64,000 nucleotides of DNA from Bacteroidia bacterium (GTDB lineage: Bacteria; Bacteroidota; Bacteroidia; AKYH767-A; OLB10), in assembly GCA_038320345.1 (NCBI GenBank), contig JBBQED010000009.1:64190-128189 (forward strand). The letters are read 5' to 3'. Shown here one piece after another: positions 43,601 through 52,056 of the stretch (position 1 is the first letter of the stretch; each line of letters begins with the position of its first letter). Below the pieces are notes generated by a model that did not search any database, was not told the DNA's origin, and worked only from the letters and a program-made list of their open reading frames with translations. The position numbers were made by a program, and so were the translations under genes.

Positions 43601-45580
43601 ATAACTGACATCGTTCAAAAAGATACCAGTCTAGTGAGTGGCATAATCGATGGCGAGATCTTATTGAAACAAACTGTGCAAAATTTTGGGATAATTGCAA
43701 ATCTTAATATAAAAGATCTAGAAGTCAGGAAGAATGCAATAGGCAATATAGCAGTAAAAGCAAGTAATCCCCAAGCAGGAAAATTTGATTTTAATTTAAA
43801 TATCTCAGGATTGAAAAATGATATCCAGATGAATGGATATTACAATCCTTCAGATTCCTTGAATGGAATGCATGTTAAAGCCGACATTAATGCCCTTACC
43901 ATGGAATCGATTCAGGCATTCGCCAATCAACAGATTTCAAACTCATCAGGTTTATTAACAGGTAAAATAACTGTTGATGGTTCAAGTGCAGATCCCAAAA
44001 TTAATGGATCAGTTACTTTAAAAGATGCTTATACAAATCCAGCTTTACTGAATATGCGTTTTCATTTTAAAGATGAAACCATAAACTTAAAAAACAATAG
44101 TGTCTACTTGAATAATTTTACCATAGAAGATCCTAATGGCAATACTGCAAGTATAAATGGATCTGTTCAAATAACTAAAAATTCACCATTCGTATTAGAC
44201 CTTGGATTAGATTCGCGAGATTTTACTTTATTTAATACTACAGAAAAAGACAATAAAGTATATTATGGTAAAATGATAATTGATAGTAGAGTTCAGGTGA
44301 AAGGAACTTCAGATCTTCCCATAATCACATCACGAATACAACTAAAAGAAGGTTCGAATTTTACTTTTGCGGTGCCGGAAAAAAAAATAAATTCAGATAA
44401 AGGCGAAGGTGTTGTAGAATTTGATTCTCTTAAATTCCATCCCATACTTATTAGAGATGAAACAGCTACAGTCAAATCATCTGCCTATAAAGGACTTGAT
44501 ATTTCCTCAACGATTGAAGTCAACGAAAAAGCTGTATTAAGGTTAATGGTGGATCCCGAGACAAAAGATTCACTTGTAGTTCAAGGATCTGCTTCACTAG
44601 GCTTTACTCTAGACCCTAGCGGAAAGATAAGCTTAACAGGCTCCTACAATCTATCGGAAGGTAGTTATCTTGTTTCACTAAAATCACTTATTAAAAGAAA
44701 ATTTGCAATTGAAAAAGGAAGTACAATTGTATGGAATGGAGATCCCTTAGATGCAGATGTAAATATCAATGCTATCTATTCCATTAGAACATCCCCTATT
44801 GATCTAATCGGCAACGAAATTGCGGGACTCAGTGAAACAGATAGAAATACGTATCGGCAGAGACTTCCATTTCTCGTTTACCTCAAATTAAAAGGACCTT
44901 TACTTAAACCAGATATTAGTTTCGAGATACAACTTCCTCCCGACCAAAAAGGTGCAATGGGTGGTGTGGTAAATGCAAAATTAATTCAGTTAAACGAAGA
45001 TCCATCTGCACTAAACAAGCAAGTATTTGCATTACTCGTTTTAAGAAGATTCATACAGGAGAATCCATTGGAATCTGCAAATCAGGGGTCTGCTGCTTCC
45101 AATCTCGCGAGATCGAGTGTCAGTAGTTTTCTTACCGCTCAACTCAATCAATATGGATCAAATATAGTACCTGGTGTAGAATTAAACTTTGATGTTCAAT
45201 CTTATGATGATTATAGCAGTGGACAGGCAGAAGGACGTACACAGCTAGGTCTTGGAGTCCAAAAACAATTATTGAACGACCGTTTAAGCGTCCAAGTTGG
45301 AGGAACTGTAGATGTAGAAGGACAACGTGCACAAGAGAATTCAGCAAGTAATATAACCGGTGATGTAACAGTTGAATACAAATTAACTGAAGATGGAAGA
45401 TATCGCTTAAAAGGATTCCGTCACAATCAATATGAAGGAGCTTTAGAAGGTCAATTAGTGGAAACGGGTGTTGGCTTATTGTACAGCAAAGATTTTAACG
45501 AATGGAAAGAATTATTCAAATCAAATCGTAAGGAAAGCAAAGATCTGAACGAAAATGAAAATAGCGATGAAAAGAACTAA
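40607..45580 (+). CDS. tamB: translocation/assembly module TamB-like protein (AsmA superfamily), 1657 aa
   Basis: N-terminal TM anchor, very long beta-rich periplasmic region, and a C-terminal DUF490-like region. The gene immediately precedes an Omp85 gene. Confidence 0.7.
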   Translation: MRIVRIILKYIFRILVGVFLLFVFLIIIIQINFVQNFLADKAIVFLSKKTNSVIRLNKIGVKFPNKIFLSEIYLEDQHHDTLLYAGELKLSPDFFEIIKGNISINSIILDDAVVNLSRLQSDSTYNYNFLVESFSKPDKSPKVQPDSSKGLNLNLDKIQLHQVRFSLEDKYAGISCGLSVKELNLRINELDLKKFKFDIRSIDLNTFVGNLVISKSPKESNSVSKQPQIKVHTLTVSNSAFAYKNTPDQSDLLASINKFNLQDALYSPENYEISIKSLALSNSVYRSNSIADTSLKTLPVNKKSNSENPWKIKADKIDLSKNEISINKTNLPNRNSTFDNNHLNYKGVSLLLHNLQFSSSLTAFKLDKLSLESEGNFVVKKIASTFKMTRTSIQLDETQIETSHSKIDLSALLKFTSLTTLSDSIQNLQVNAEFNPTLINTSDILYFSPQLAKQNYFRGSGKEISLSGRFTGKVGDLKGEKISIKTAQQTELFSDFIISGLPDIKHANFILPNLFIKSGRNDLISILGNNILPPSLNLPLHFSIKADFRGRLKDFTGNINMVSDQGNLKAFAFLDEQENFHCKISSEEFNLGKLLKNEKMLGPATLKADIEGKGLDVNKIEARVIINAESIELNQYNYHLLSIDGKVLGRQFDGKINLNDTNAVFDFQGLVNLDKGNEIYNFTLDLKGADLKKLHFSDEDLRISLTAISDLKGNTIDNINGTAGITKIIIAHNGKKYVLDSILVASINKEGKSEMNLKSAIVGIKYNGTFSPGSISKEIKKHINRYFPLGTDTQTVISKPQKFNFEIELHNNALISEVFLPKLNEFETVLIAGDFDSEQNKLSLNVSIPHVKYDGIEVKDLKLDINSDEKDLNYKLFIPELLNPSMQIKNLDLNGKLTDQKASINISSIEEDQKTLEIHSEVLPESDYYKFHILPTDFFLGNKSWTLPEDNFIAFGKPGIWIHNISLKQSGDELSINSIHDKFKDDFKIVFSNFSIENITDIVQKDTSLVSGIIDGEILLKQTVQNFGIIANLNIKDLEVRKNAIGNIAVKASNPQAGKFDFNLNISGLKNDIQMNGYYNPSDSLNGMHVKADINALTMESIQAFANQQISNSSGLLTGKITVDGSSADPKINGSVTLKDAYTNPALLNMRFHFKDETINLKNNSVYLNNFTIEDPNGNTASINGSVQITKNSPFVLDLGLDSRDFTLFNTTEKDNKVYYGKMIIDSRVQVKGTSDLPIITSRIQLKEGSNFTFAVPEKKINSDKGEGVVEFDSLKFHPILIRDETATVKSSAYKGLDISSTIEVNEKAVLRLMVDPETKDSLVVQGSASLGFTLDPSGKISLTGSYNLSEGSYLVSLKSLIKRKFAIEKGSTIVWNGDPLDADVNINAIYSIRTSPIDLIGNEIAGLSETDRNTYRQRLPFLVYLKLKGPLLKPDISFEIQLPPDQKGAMGGVVNAKLIQLNEDPSALNKQVFALLVLRRFIQENPLESANQGSAASNLARSSVSSFLTAQLNQYGSNIVPGVELNFDVQSYDDYSSGQAEGRTQLGLGVQKQLLNDRLSVQVGGTVDVEGQRAQENSASNITGDVTVEYKLTEDGRYRLKGFRHNQYEGALEGQLVETGVGLLYSKDFNEWKELFKSNRKESKDLNENENSDEKN

Positions 45581-47873
45581 CGGACTTTTACTCGTTTTTT
45601 CACTATTTATTCTGGTGATCTCTTCCTGTACAGGACTCAAATATATTCCTGACGGCGAAAAACTCTATACAGGTGCGAAAATAAAATTGGAATCATCAGA
45701 AAAAATTAAAAGAAAAAAAACTATAAAAAAAGCAGCGGAAGCTGCCGTTAGACCTCAACCCAATAAAACTTTCCTTGGCCAAAGACCGAAATTATGGCTG
45801 TATTTTGTTGCTGGAGATACTACTGGTAAAAAGGGTTTTAGTAAGTGGCTAAAGAAAAAAGGTGAACCTCCTGTTTACTACAGTAGTGTTGATCCGTCAA
45901 AAGTCACAGAATTTATTGATGCTAAATTGTTCAACATTGGAATATTCAAAAATAAAACAGCATACTATACCAAAGAAAAAAAGAAAACCGCAAGCACAGT
46001 ATATGAATGTTTTATCCATAGTCCATATAAAATAAGCGAAGTCACACTCTTTGATGATGAAGGTATCAAAAATATCATCGAAACCGGTAAAAATAAAACC
46101 CTATTAAAAAAGGGAAATGATTACAATCTCGAGGTTTTGAAAAAAGAACGGGAAAGGATTGATGCAGCTTTAAAAGACAATGGTTACTTCTATTTTCACC
46201 CAGATTATTTACTTTTTAAGGTAGATACTGATGAAATCACTAAAACAATCAAACTGAAGTTAAATGTTAAACCAGAAACGCCTTTTAAAGCGCTGATCAC
46301 CTATCGAATAAATCAAGTTTATATAAATCCCAATTATTCTCTGAAAAGAGCAAATGAAGAAATTATTGGTGATACGTTAATTGCTGATAGTCTAATCTAC
46401 CTACGAAGCGAATTAAATATACGTCCTTCTGTAATTCGTAGAGCCATATTTTTTAGAAAAGAAGAAATCTATTCCAGGAAAAAACACAATATCACCTTAA
46501 ATAGGCTCATGAGCTTAGGATCTTTTAAGTTTGTAAATATCAAATTTACTGAGCATGATCCATCACATCCTGGTTACCTTGATGCAATGGTTTTATTAAC
46601 TCCAACGAAAAAGAGAACTTTCAACACTGAATTAAATTTAGTTTCGAAATCAAATAATTTTATAGGTCCGCAACTCAATCTCAATTATAAAAATAGGAAT
46701 ACTTTTAATGGTGCTGAACTCCTCAATGTGACTTTAGGAAGTTCATTTGAGACACAGTTCAGTGGTAAATACAAGAATTTATACTCCTATGAGATTAATC
46801 CTCAAATAGAATTGTATGTTCCGAAGTTTATCACCCCTTTCCCCATAAAAAATTCCAATAGCTTTTATATTCCGAAAACAAAATTTGCATTGAGCTATAG
46901 CTTCTTGAAAAGGATTCAATACTTTAACCAAACTTCTACACAACTTTCGTACGGTTTTAAGTGGAAAGAAAACGTAAAGAAGGACCATGAGTTGAATCCA
47001 ATCAATCTTAGTTACACGACGATATCCAAAAAAACATCAGAATTTGACTCATTACTAAATATCAATCCATTTCTTAAAAAAAGTTATGAAGAACAATTTA
47101 TAGTTGGAAGTACTTATTCATTTACATTTAATGAACAGTTGCTACCTGATCAAAAAAATCAATTTTACTTTAATGTATCTACAGAAATAGCCGGAAATTC
47201 CCTTTCCTTATTAAACAGAATAATAAGCAACGATAAAGTTAATTCGAATGAACCCAATCAATTTTTAGGAGTAGTATATTCTCAGTTTGCTAAAATCAGC
47301 ATTGATACAAGGAATTATATTAATTTCAGAAAAAAGAATAAAATCGCCCTTCGACTTTATGCAGGCCTAGGAAAAGCTTATGGAAATTCGGATATCCTTC
47401 CATATTCTAAACAATTTTTCAGCGGAGGACCCAATAGTATCCGTGCATTTGTCATTAATTCATTAGGTCCCGGAACCTATCATCTAGAACCAGAGGTAGG
47501 AAATGCATTTTTGGAACAAGGTGGAGATATTAAACTAGAAGGAAATGCAGAATATCGATGTAATCTGATCAGTGTTCTTAAAGGTGCCATCTTTATCGAA
47601 GCAGGAAATACTTGGCTACTTAAAAATAACCCTCAAATTCTCTCCGCTCCTTTCAGTATTTCGAGATTCTACAAAGAATTAGCTGTAGGAACTGGATTAG
47701 GATTGCGACTTGATGTTTCATTCTTTGTACTACGATTTGACCTAGGAATCCCTTTAAGGAAACCTTGGTTAGACGAAGGCAAGCGATGGGTAATCAATGA
47801 TATTGCTATAGGTAGTTCTAGCTGGCGTAGTGACAACTTAATTTTAAATATAGCTATCGGGTACCCATTTTAG
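45555..47873 (+). CDS. tamA: BamA/TamA-family (Omp85) outer-membrane protein
   Basis: Lipoprotein-like signal peptide, POTRA-like repeats, and a C-terminal beta-barrel ending in an aromatic residue (…NIAIGYPF). It overlaps tamB by 26 bp. Confidence 0.75.
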   Translation: MKIAMKRTNGLLLVFSLFILVISSCTGLKYIPDGEKLYTGAKIKLESSEKIKRKKTIKKAAEAAVRPQPNKTFLGQRPKLWLYFVAGDTTGKKGFSKWLKKKGEPPVYYSSVDPSKVTEFIDAKLFNIGIFKNKTAYYTKEKKKTASTVYECFIHSPYKISEVTLFDDEGIKNIIETGKNKTLLKKGNDYNLEVLKKERERIDAALKDNGYFYFHPDYLLFKVDTDEITKTIKLKLNVKPETPFKALITYRINQVYINPNYSLKRANEEIIGDTLIADSLIYLRSELNIRPSVIRRAIFFRKEEIYSRKKHNITLNRLMSLGSFKFVNIKFTEHDPSHPGYLDAMVLLTPTKKRTFNTELNLVSKSNNFIGPQLNLNYKNRNTFNGAELLNVTLGSSFETQFSGKYKNLYSYEINPQIELYVPKFITPFPIKNSNSFYIPKTKFALSYSFLKRIQYFNQTSTQLSYGFKWKENVKKDHELNPINLSYTTISKKTSEFDSLLNINPFLKKSYEEQFIVGSTYSFTFNEQLLPDQKNQFYFNVSTEIAGNSLSLLNRIISNDKVNSNEPNQFLGVVYSQFAKISIDTRNYINFRKKNKIALRLYAGLGKAYGNSDILPYSKQFFSGGPNSIRAFVINSLGPGTYHLEPEVGNAFLEQGGDIKLEGNAEYRCNLISVLKGAIFIEAGNTWLLKNNPQILSAPFSISRFYKELAVGTGLGLRLDVSFFVLRFDLGIPLRKPWLDEGKRWVINDIAIGSSSWRSDNLILNIAIGYPF

Positions 47874-47922
47874 GTTGGCACAAACTTTTACTTACTTCTA
47901 GAAACCAATCAAATAAAAGGTC

Positions 47923-48513
47923 ATGAAAACTATTAAAAACGCTAAGCAACTTATTGCAAAATGCATGTATGCATGTTCACTATCTGTACTTATGATTTCT
48001 TGTTCAAATAATCCAAAGACAGAAGATTCGAAGGATGTTGCTAAAGAACATAATGAGGCTAAATTCGATAATAAAGCTGAGGATGATGCTAAATTTCTGG
48101 TAAATGCTGCTGAAATTAACCTCATGGAAATTCAATTGGGTGAATTAGCTACTACCAAAGGTATGAATGCGGAAACAAAGGAACTTGGCAAAATGATGGT
48201 TAGTGAGCATACAAAAAATTTCGAGGATCTTAAAGCACTTGCAGCTTTAAAAATGATGACCATTCCAATGGCTGTTACCGAAAAAGGTCAAGATGCTTAT
48301 AACAAACTTCAAAAGAAAAGCGGAAATGACTTTGATAAAGAATTTTGTGATATGATGGTGGATGGACATAAAGATGCCATTGATCTATTTGAAAAAGCAG
48401 AAAAAAATGTTGCTGATGCTGAAATAAAATCATATGTTAGTGCTACACTCCCTGCTCTCAGATCACATTTGGATAATTGTATGAAAAACCAAGATCTAAT
48501 GAAAAAAATGTAA
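47923..48513 (+). CDS. DUF4142 domain-containing (ferritin-like) lipoprotein
   Basis: Lipoprotein signal (…LMISCSN) and the DUF4142 pattern EI..GELA...HT....L. Confidence 0.6.
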   Translation: MKTIKNAKQLIAKCMYACSLSVLMISCSNNPKTEDSKDVAKEHNEAKFDNKAEDDAKFLVNAAEINLMEIQLGELATTKGMNAETKELGKMMVSEHTKNFEDLKALAALKMMTIPMAVTEKGQDAYNKLQKKSGNDFDKEFCDMMVDGHKDAIDLFEKAEKNVADAEIKSYVSATLPALRSHLDNCMKNQDLMKKM

Positions 48514-48545
48514 TCTGAAAGTATCAAATATACAATACTCTTAAA

Positions 48546-48585
48546 AGCCAGGATGATCCTAAGAAATCATTCTGGCTTTTGCTTT
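48546..48585 (+). terminator. rho-independent terminator after the DUF4142 gene
   Basis: AGCCAGGATGAT/ATCATTCTGGCT stem followed by TTTGCTTT. Confidence 0.5.
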
Positions 48586-48794
48586 AATAAGTAATTCAAG
48601 TAAAGATTATATATATTCCATCTATCAATAATTCCTGCTGAATCATCCTTCTGTAAGTCGTAAATTACCCCCTTTACTTAGTGGAACCAACGAATTTGAA
48701 GTAAGTAAAATTGATGATAGAATAATTTTTCCTATTCCCATAAGAAATGGCATACTATTTTAAGAAGAATTATGAAACTACAAAAAACAAAACC

Positions 48795-49256
48795 ATGGAA
48801 ACCCTAAATGAAAAAAGCATCAAAGTCTTGAATGATCTTATTGAAATTAATAACGATCGCATTGAAGGATATGAACGCGCAATCAAAGAAACTGAAGATC
48901 ATGAGCTAGAAACAATTTTTACTTCCAATGCGGCTGTAAGTCGTCAGTTCCGATCCGAACTTATCAGCCAAGTAATTCAAAATGGAGGCACGCCAACAGA
49001 GGGCACTACTTTATCAGGTAAGGTATATCGAGGATGGATGGATATCAAATCAACCGTAACAGGAAATGACAATCATGCAATTCTTAGCTCTTGTGAATAT
49101 GGAGAAGATGCGGCGTTGGATGTTTATGAAGAAGCACTCCAATCTGATGATTTAACAACAAAGGCAAGAGAAATAGTACTGCAGCAGCAAAGCGGAATAG
49201 AGAAAGCACATAATCATATACGTGCGCTTAGAGATTCAGCAAAAGTCAACAAATAG
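48795..49256 (+). CDS. PA2169-family four-helix-bundle (DUF2383, ferritin-like) protein
   Basis: LNDLIEINNDRIEGYERAI...EDAALDVYEEAL. The start is set at the ATG at 48795 (METLNEK). Confidence 0.6.
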   Translation: METLNEKSIKVLNDLIEINNDRIEGYERAIKETEDHELETIFTSNAAVSRQFRSELISQVIQNGGTPTEGTTLSGKVYRGWMDIKSTVTGNDNHAILSSCEYGEDAALDVYEEALQSDDLTTKAREIVLQQQSGIEKAHNHIRALRDSAKVNK

Positions 49257-49600
49257 TAAAAGTTCTATTCTTCTTTTTAAGAATACGGCATCAATGTAGG
49301 GGAAAATTATTTACTCCTACATTTTTTTTAAGGTAACGCCACCGAGGTTCCAAAGTCAACAGAACTGATCTAACTTCAGTTTGAAAAAAGGACAGTATTG
49401 AGAGATATATCAATACTGCTTAATTGCTTTAGAAAATCTCACATAAGACTTGAGCCTCAAATCTAACCTTAATCAATCCCTAATCAAATCATGATTTACA
49501 GGAAAAACATAAAGGGCACTCTTACACTTTAAAATTTCTTTATGAATATATTTACCTAATTACAAAAAAAACTTCTTGCAGTTAATAATTCCTTTGCTTT

Positions 49601-50005
49601 TTACTTTAATCCATATATTTCTACACGGGAGTTTCCATACTCTAAATTATCCCCTGCTTTATAAATGAATAATATTCTTTTGATTTCATGTGATTCACTA
49701 AGATTAATCTGCCTCGTTTCTTCACCAGACTTTAAATCTTGTCTAACCTTAAGCATTTCCTTTTCTCCATTTTCAAAATAGACCTCAAGATCATATACAT
49801 TCAAGGGAGCATCAGTGACCTTTAGTTTAATAGCTTTATAGCGATCTGTGCCCAAAACAGCTATTACGTCTTTATCGACTTGATGAGAGGCCGTTAATCC
49901 ACCTATTTTATGCCAACCACTTTTATCAGTCTTTATTACTGCAGACTTCTGTGCTTGAGCATTCAACCCGGTCATCACTAGCAAGACTAAAAGTATCTTT
50001 TTCAT
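49601..50005 (-). CDS. hypothetical secreted protein
   Basis: Signal peptide MKKILLVLLVMTGLNAQAQ. Confidence 0.4.
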   Translation of the reverse strand: MKKILLVLLVMTGLNAQAQKSAVIKTDKSGWHKIGGLTASHQVDKDVIAVLGTDRYKAIKLKVTDAPLNVYDLEVYFENGEKEMLKVRQDLKSGEETRQINLSESHEIKRILFIYKAGDNLEYGNSRVEIYGLK

Positions 50006-50006
50006 A

Positions 50007-50045
50007 TTATTTAGTAATTAAGATTTTATCTTAATTACTAAATAA
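50007..50045. repeat. perfect 39-bp palindrome (18-bp arms with a TTT spacer) abutting the start codon of the 49601..50005 gene
   Basis: TTATTTAGTAATTAAGAT-TTT-ATCTTAATTACTAAATAA. Confidence 0.7.
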
Positions 50046-50252
50046 ATGTGCCTTAAATCTACAAATACTAAGTTTGAATAAACTAGACATCAGTTTACAT
50101 ACATCTAAAAACCCTAACAAGCAAATGTTTTAAGAGTTACCAGCATTAGATGCTAAATCCGAATTTTACGGTTGGTATTAATGAGATGAAGGCCTCAACG
50201 ATTTATTTGAAAGGGTGAACAATAGAAATTATCTATACAACCTGATCATGCT

Positions 50253-50702
50253 TCATTCTTTATTAGATTCTATTCGTATTAAATCATAATTCTTACCATC
50301 CGAAAATTCATTAGAAGTACTATCCAGCAACCTTACTACCTGGTCTGAAATTAGTTTGAAATTTTCAGTTCTTTGAGAACTATCATCCTTCAAAGTTGAT
50401 ACAACATTAACTCCCTGAATCATCCAAGTACCTTTATCATTTAAGTTAACGACTACTTTCCCACCTAAATAATACTGTTTAGATACCATAGAATTCATGT
50501 CTTTATTAAGAACAAGTGTTATTAAGGCACTATCAAACTTTGCGTCACCGGAAACGCCTTTAAAAGTAGCCGGTAAATCTTTTAACACCTCTGATGTTAT
50601 TCGTGTATTTTCTTGAGAATCCTGAATCTGTTCCTGTTTTTTAGCAGTTTGAGTACACCCACATAAAATAAGAGCAAACAAGCCCGTTAAAAAATAGTTC
50701 AT
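50253..50702 (-). CDS. hypothetical lipoprotein
   Basis: Lipobox LILCGC. Confidence 0.35.
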   Translation of the reverse strand: MNYFLTGLFALILCGCTQTAKKQEQIQDSQENTRITSEVLKDLPATFKGVSGDAKFDSALITLVLNKDMNSMVSKQYYLGGKVVVNLNDKGTWMIQGVNVVSTLKDDSSQRTENFKLISDQVVRLLDSTSNEFSDGKNYDLIRIESNKE

Positions 50703-50731
50703 AATTTAGAATTACTATTTGAAGTTAGAAA

Positions 50732-51241
50732 TTACTCTTTTACTGCATACTGAAATTCAATATTTGTATTTCCGTTAACCACTGTAAATTTCCCATTACT
50801 ACCACTACTTAGCGGATTGAAAGTGCCACTTGAAATAAGTTCATCTCCTGATAAAAGATCAAAATCTAATATTTCGTACTTCCATTCTTCCTTCGTAAAA
50901 TAATCAGGGGCATCAGTGATTGTAAAGGTTACCGTATTGGAAAAATCATTTTCTATTGCAGTAGTATAAATCCAGTTATTCGCTGTTGATTTTGTAAATC
51001 TCATATAAACATCAGGATTACCATCAATATCCCAGGTTCCACCAGAAGGATTGAACTCGGGAATTGAGTTAATTTTTACAGCTGATGGGTATCTATAAAC
51101 GCAAGAGCTATTACTCTTATCCGCTTTACTATCGTAATTGTCGGCATTGGAATCCGTACAACCTTCTTTTTTACATCCTGCACCAATTAAAATGGTTAGT
51201 ATAATTAAACCAAGTATGGATTTATTTTTGATCGTTTTCAT
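50732..51241 (-). CDS. hypothetical lipoprotein
   Basis: Lipobox LIGAGC. A 29-bp gap to the downstream gene suggests an operon. Confidence 0.35.
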   Translation of the reverse strand: MKTIKNKSILGLIILTILIGAGCKKEGCTDSNADNYDSKADKSNSSCVYRYPSAVKINSIPEFNPSGGTWDIDGNPDVYMRFTKSTANNWIYTTAIENDFSNTVTFTITDAPDYFTKEEWKYEILDFDLLSGDELISSGTFNPLSSGSNGKFTVVNGNTNIEFQYAVKE

Positions 51242-51503
51242 AATCTTTAAATTTGAATTAAATTTCTACTGTATTAATGCAATTTTTATTCCACGCTAGA
51301 AATTGCCTATTTTTCTAAAATATGAGTTCAAAATTCCCCAATTTAAAGGCAATCATCTGCAATGTCCTAATAACATATAGATAATTGCAAAAAGTATAAT
51401 GGTAGATAAGCACCCACCTCCTAATTTATAGGAACTATATCCTGCGATAAGAGTTCTGAAAAAATTGTTCATTCTGTATTTATTTATAAACTAGTTACAA
51501 AAA

Positions 51504-52025
51504 CTAAACTATTAGCTTTCCTTCTACTCCATCGTCCGGTGCACTTCCTGTTACTATAGATCCCAACATTTGAATCATTGAAATCATTTTATTGTTTTTG
51601 GTATCCCAATAGTATGATGATTCAGGCGTAACTTTAATTAAAGAAACATCTTCATCATCTTTGCCATCTTTAAACCAAGCTTTAGCAAAGGGAGTCCACA
51701 TTTCATAAATTTTTTCTCGATCGGTAAGAATGGATGCCCTGCCAAGAACAGTTAGAAACTCGTAATCTGCAGGGTTAGAGTAAAATAATTGTACTGTGTA
51801 ATCCTCTGCTATTTCTTTATTCTTTTCACTTTTTAAGGAGCTCAGAAACCAGATGTTACCTTGTTCATCTACTTTTTGCGTACTCATTGGTCGAGTGGTA
51901 ATTGGCTGTTGACCTAATTGTGTACAAAAGAAACAAATTGACTCATTTTTGACAAGTTCCTTCAATTTATCTATTGCATCTTGGGCCGTTAAATTTTGAT
52001 TATTTTGTTGAGGGGCTTTTTCCAT
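51504..52025 (-). CDS. pyridoxamine 5'-phosphate oxidase-family protein (general stress protein 26-like)
   Basis: FFCTQ...PITTRPM...GNIWFLS pattern. It lies 31 bp downstream of katE. Confidence 0.65.
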   Translation of the reverse strand: MEKAPQQNNQNLTAQDAIDKLKELVKNESICFFCTQLGQQPITTRPMSTQKVDEQGNIWFLSSLKSEKNKEIAEDYTVQLFYSNPADYEFLTVLGRASILTDREKIYEMWTPFAKAWFKDGKDDEDVSLIKVTPESSYYWDTKNNKMISMIQMLGSIVTGSAPDDGVEGKLIV

Positions 52026-52056
52026 TTTATAATAGTTTTCTATTTGTATGAATTAA

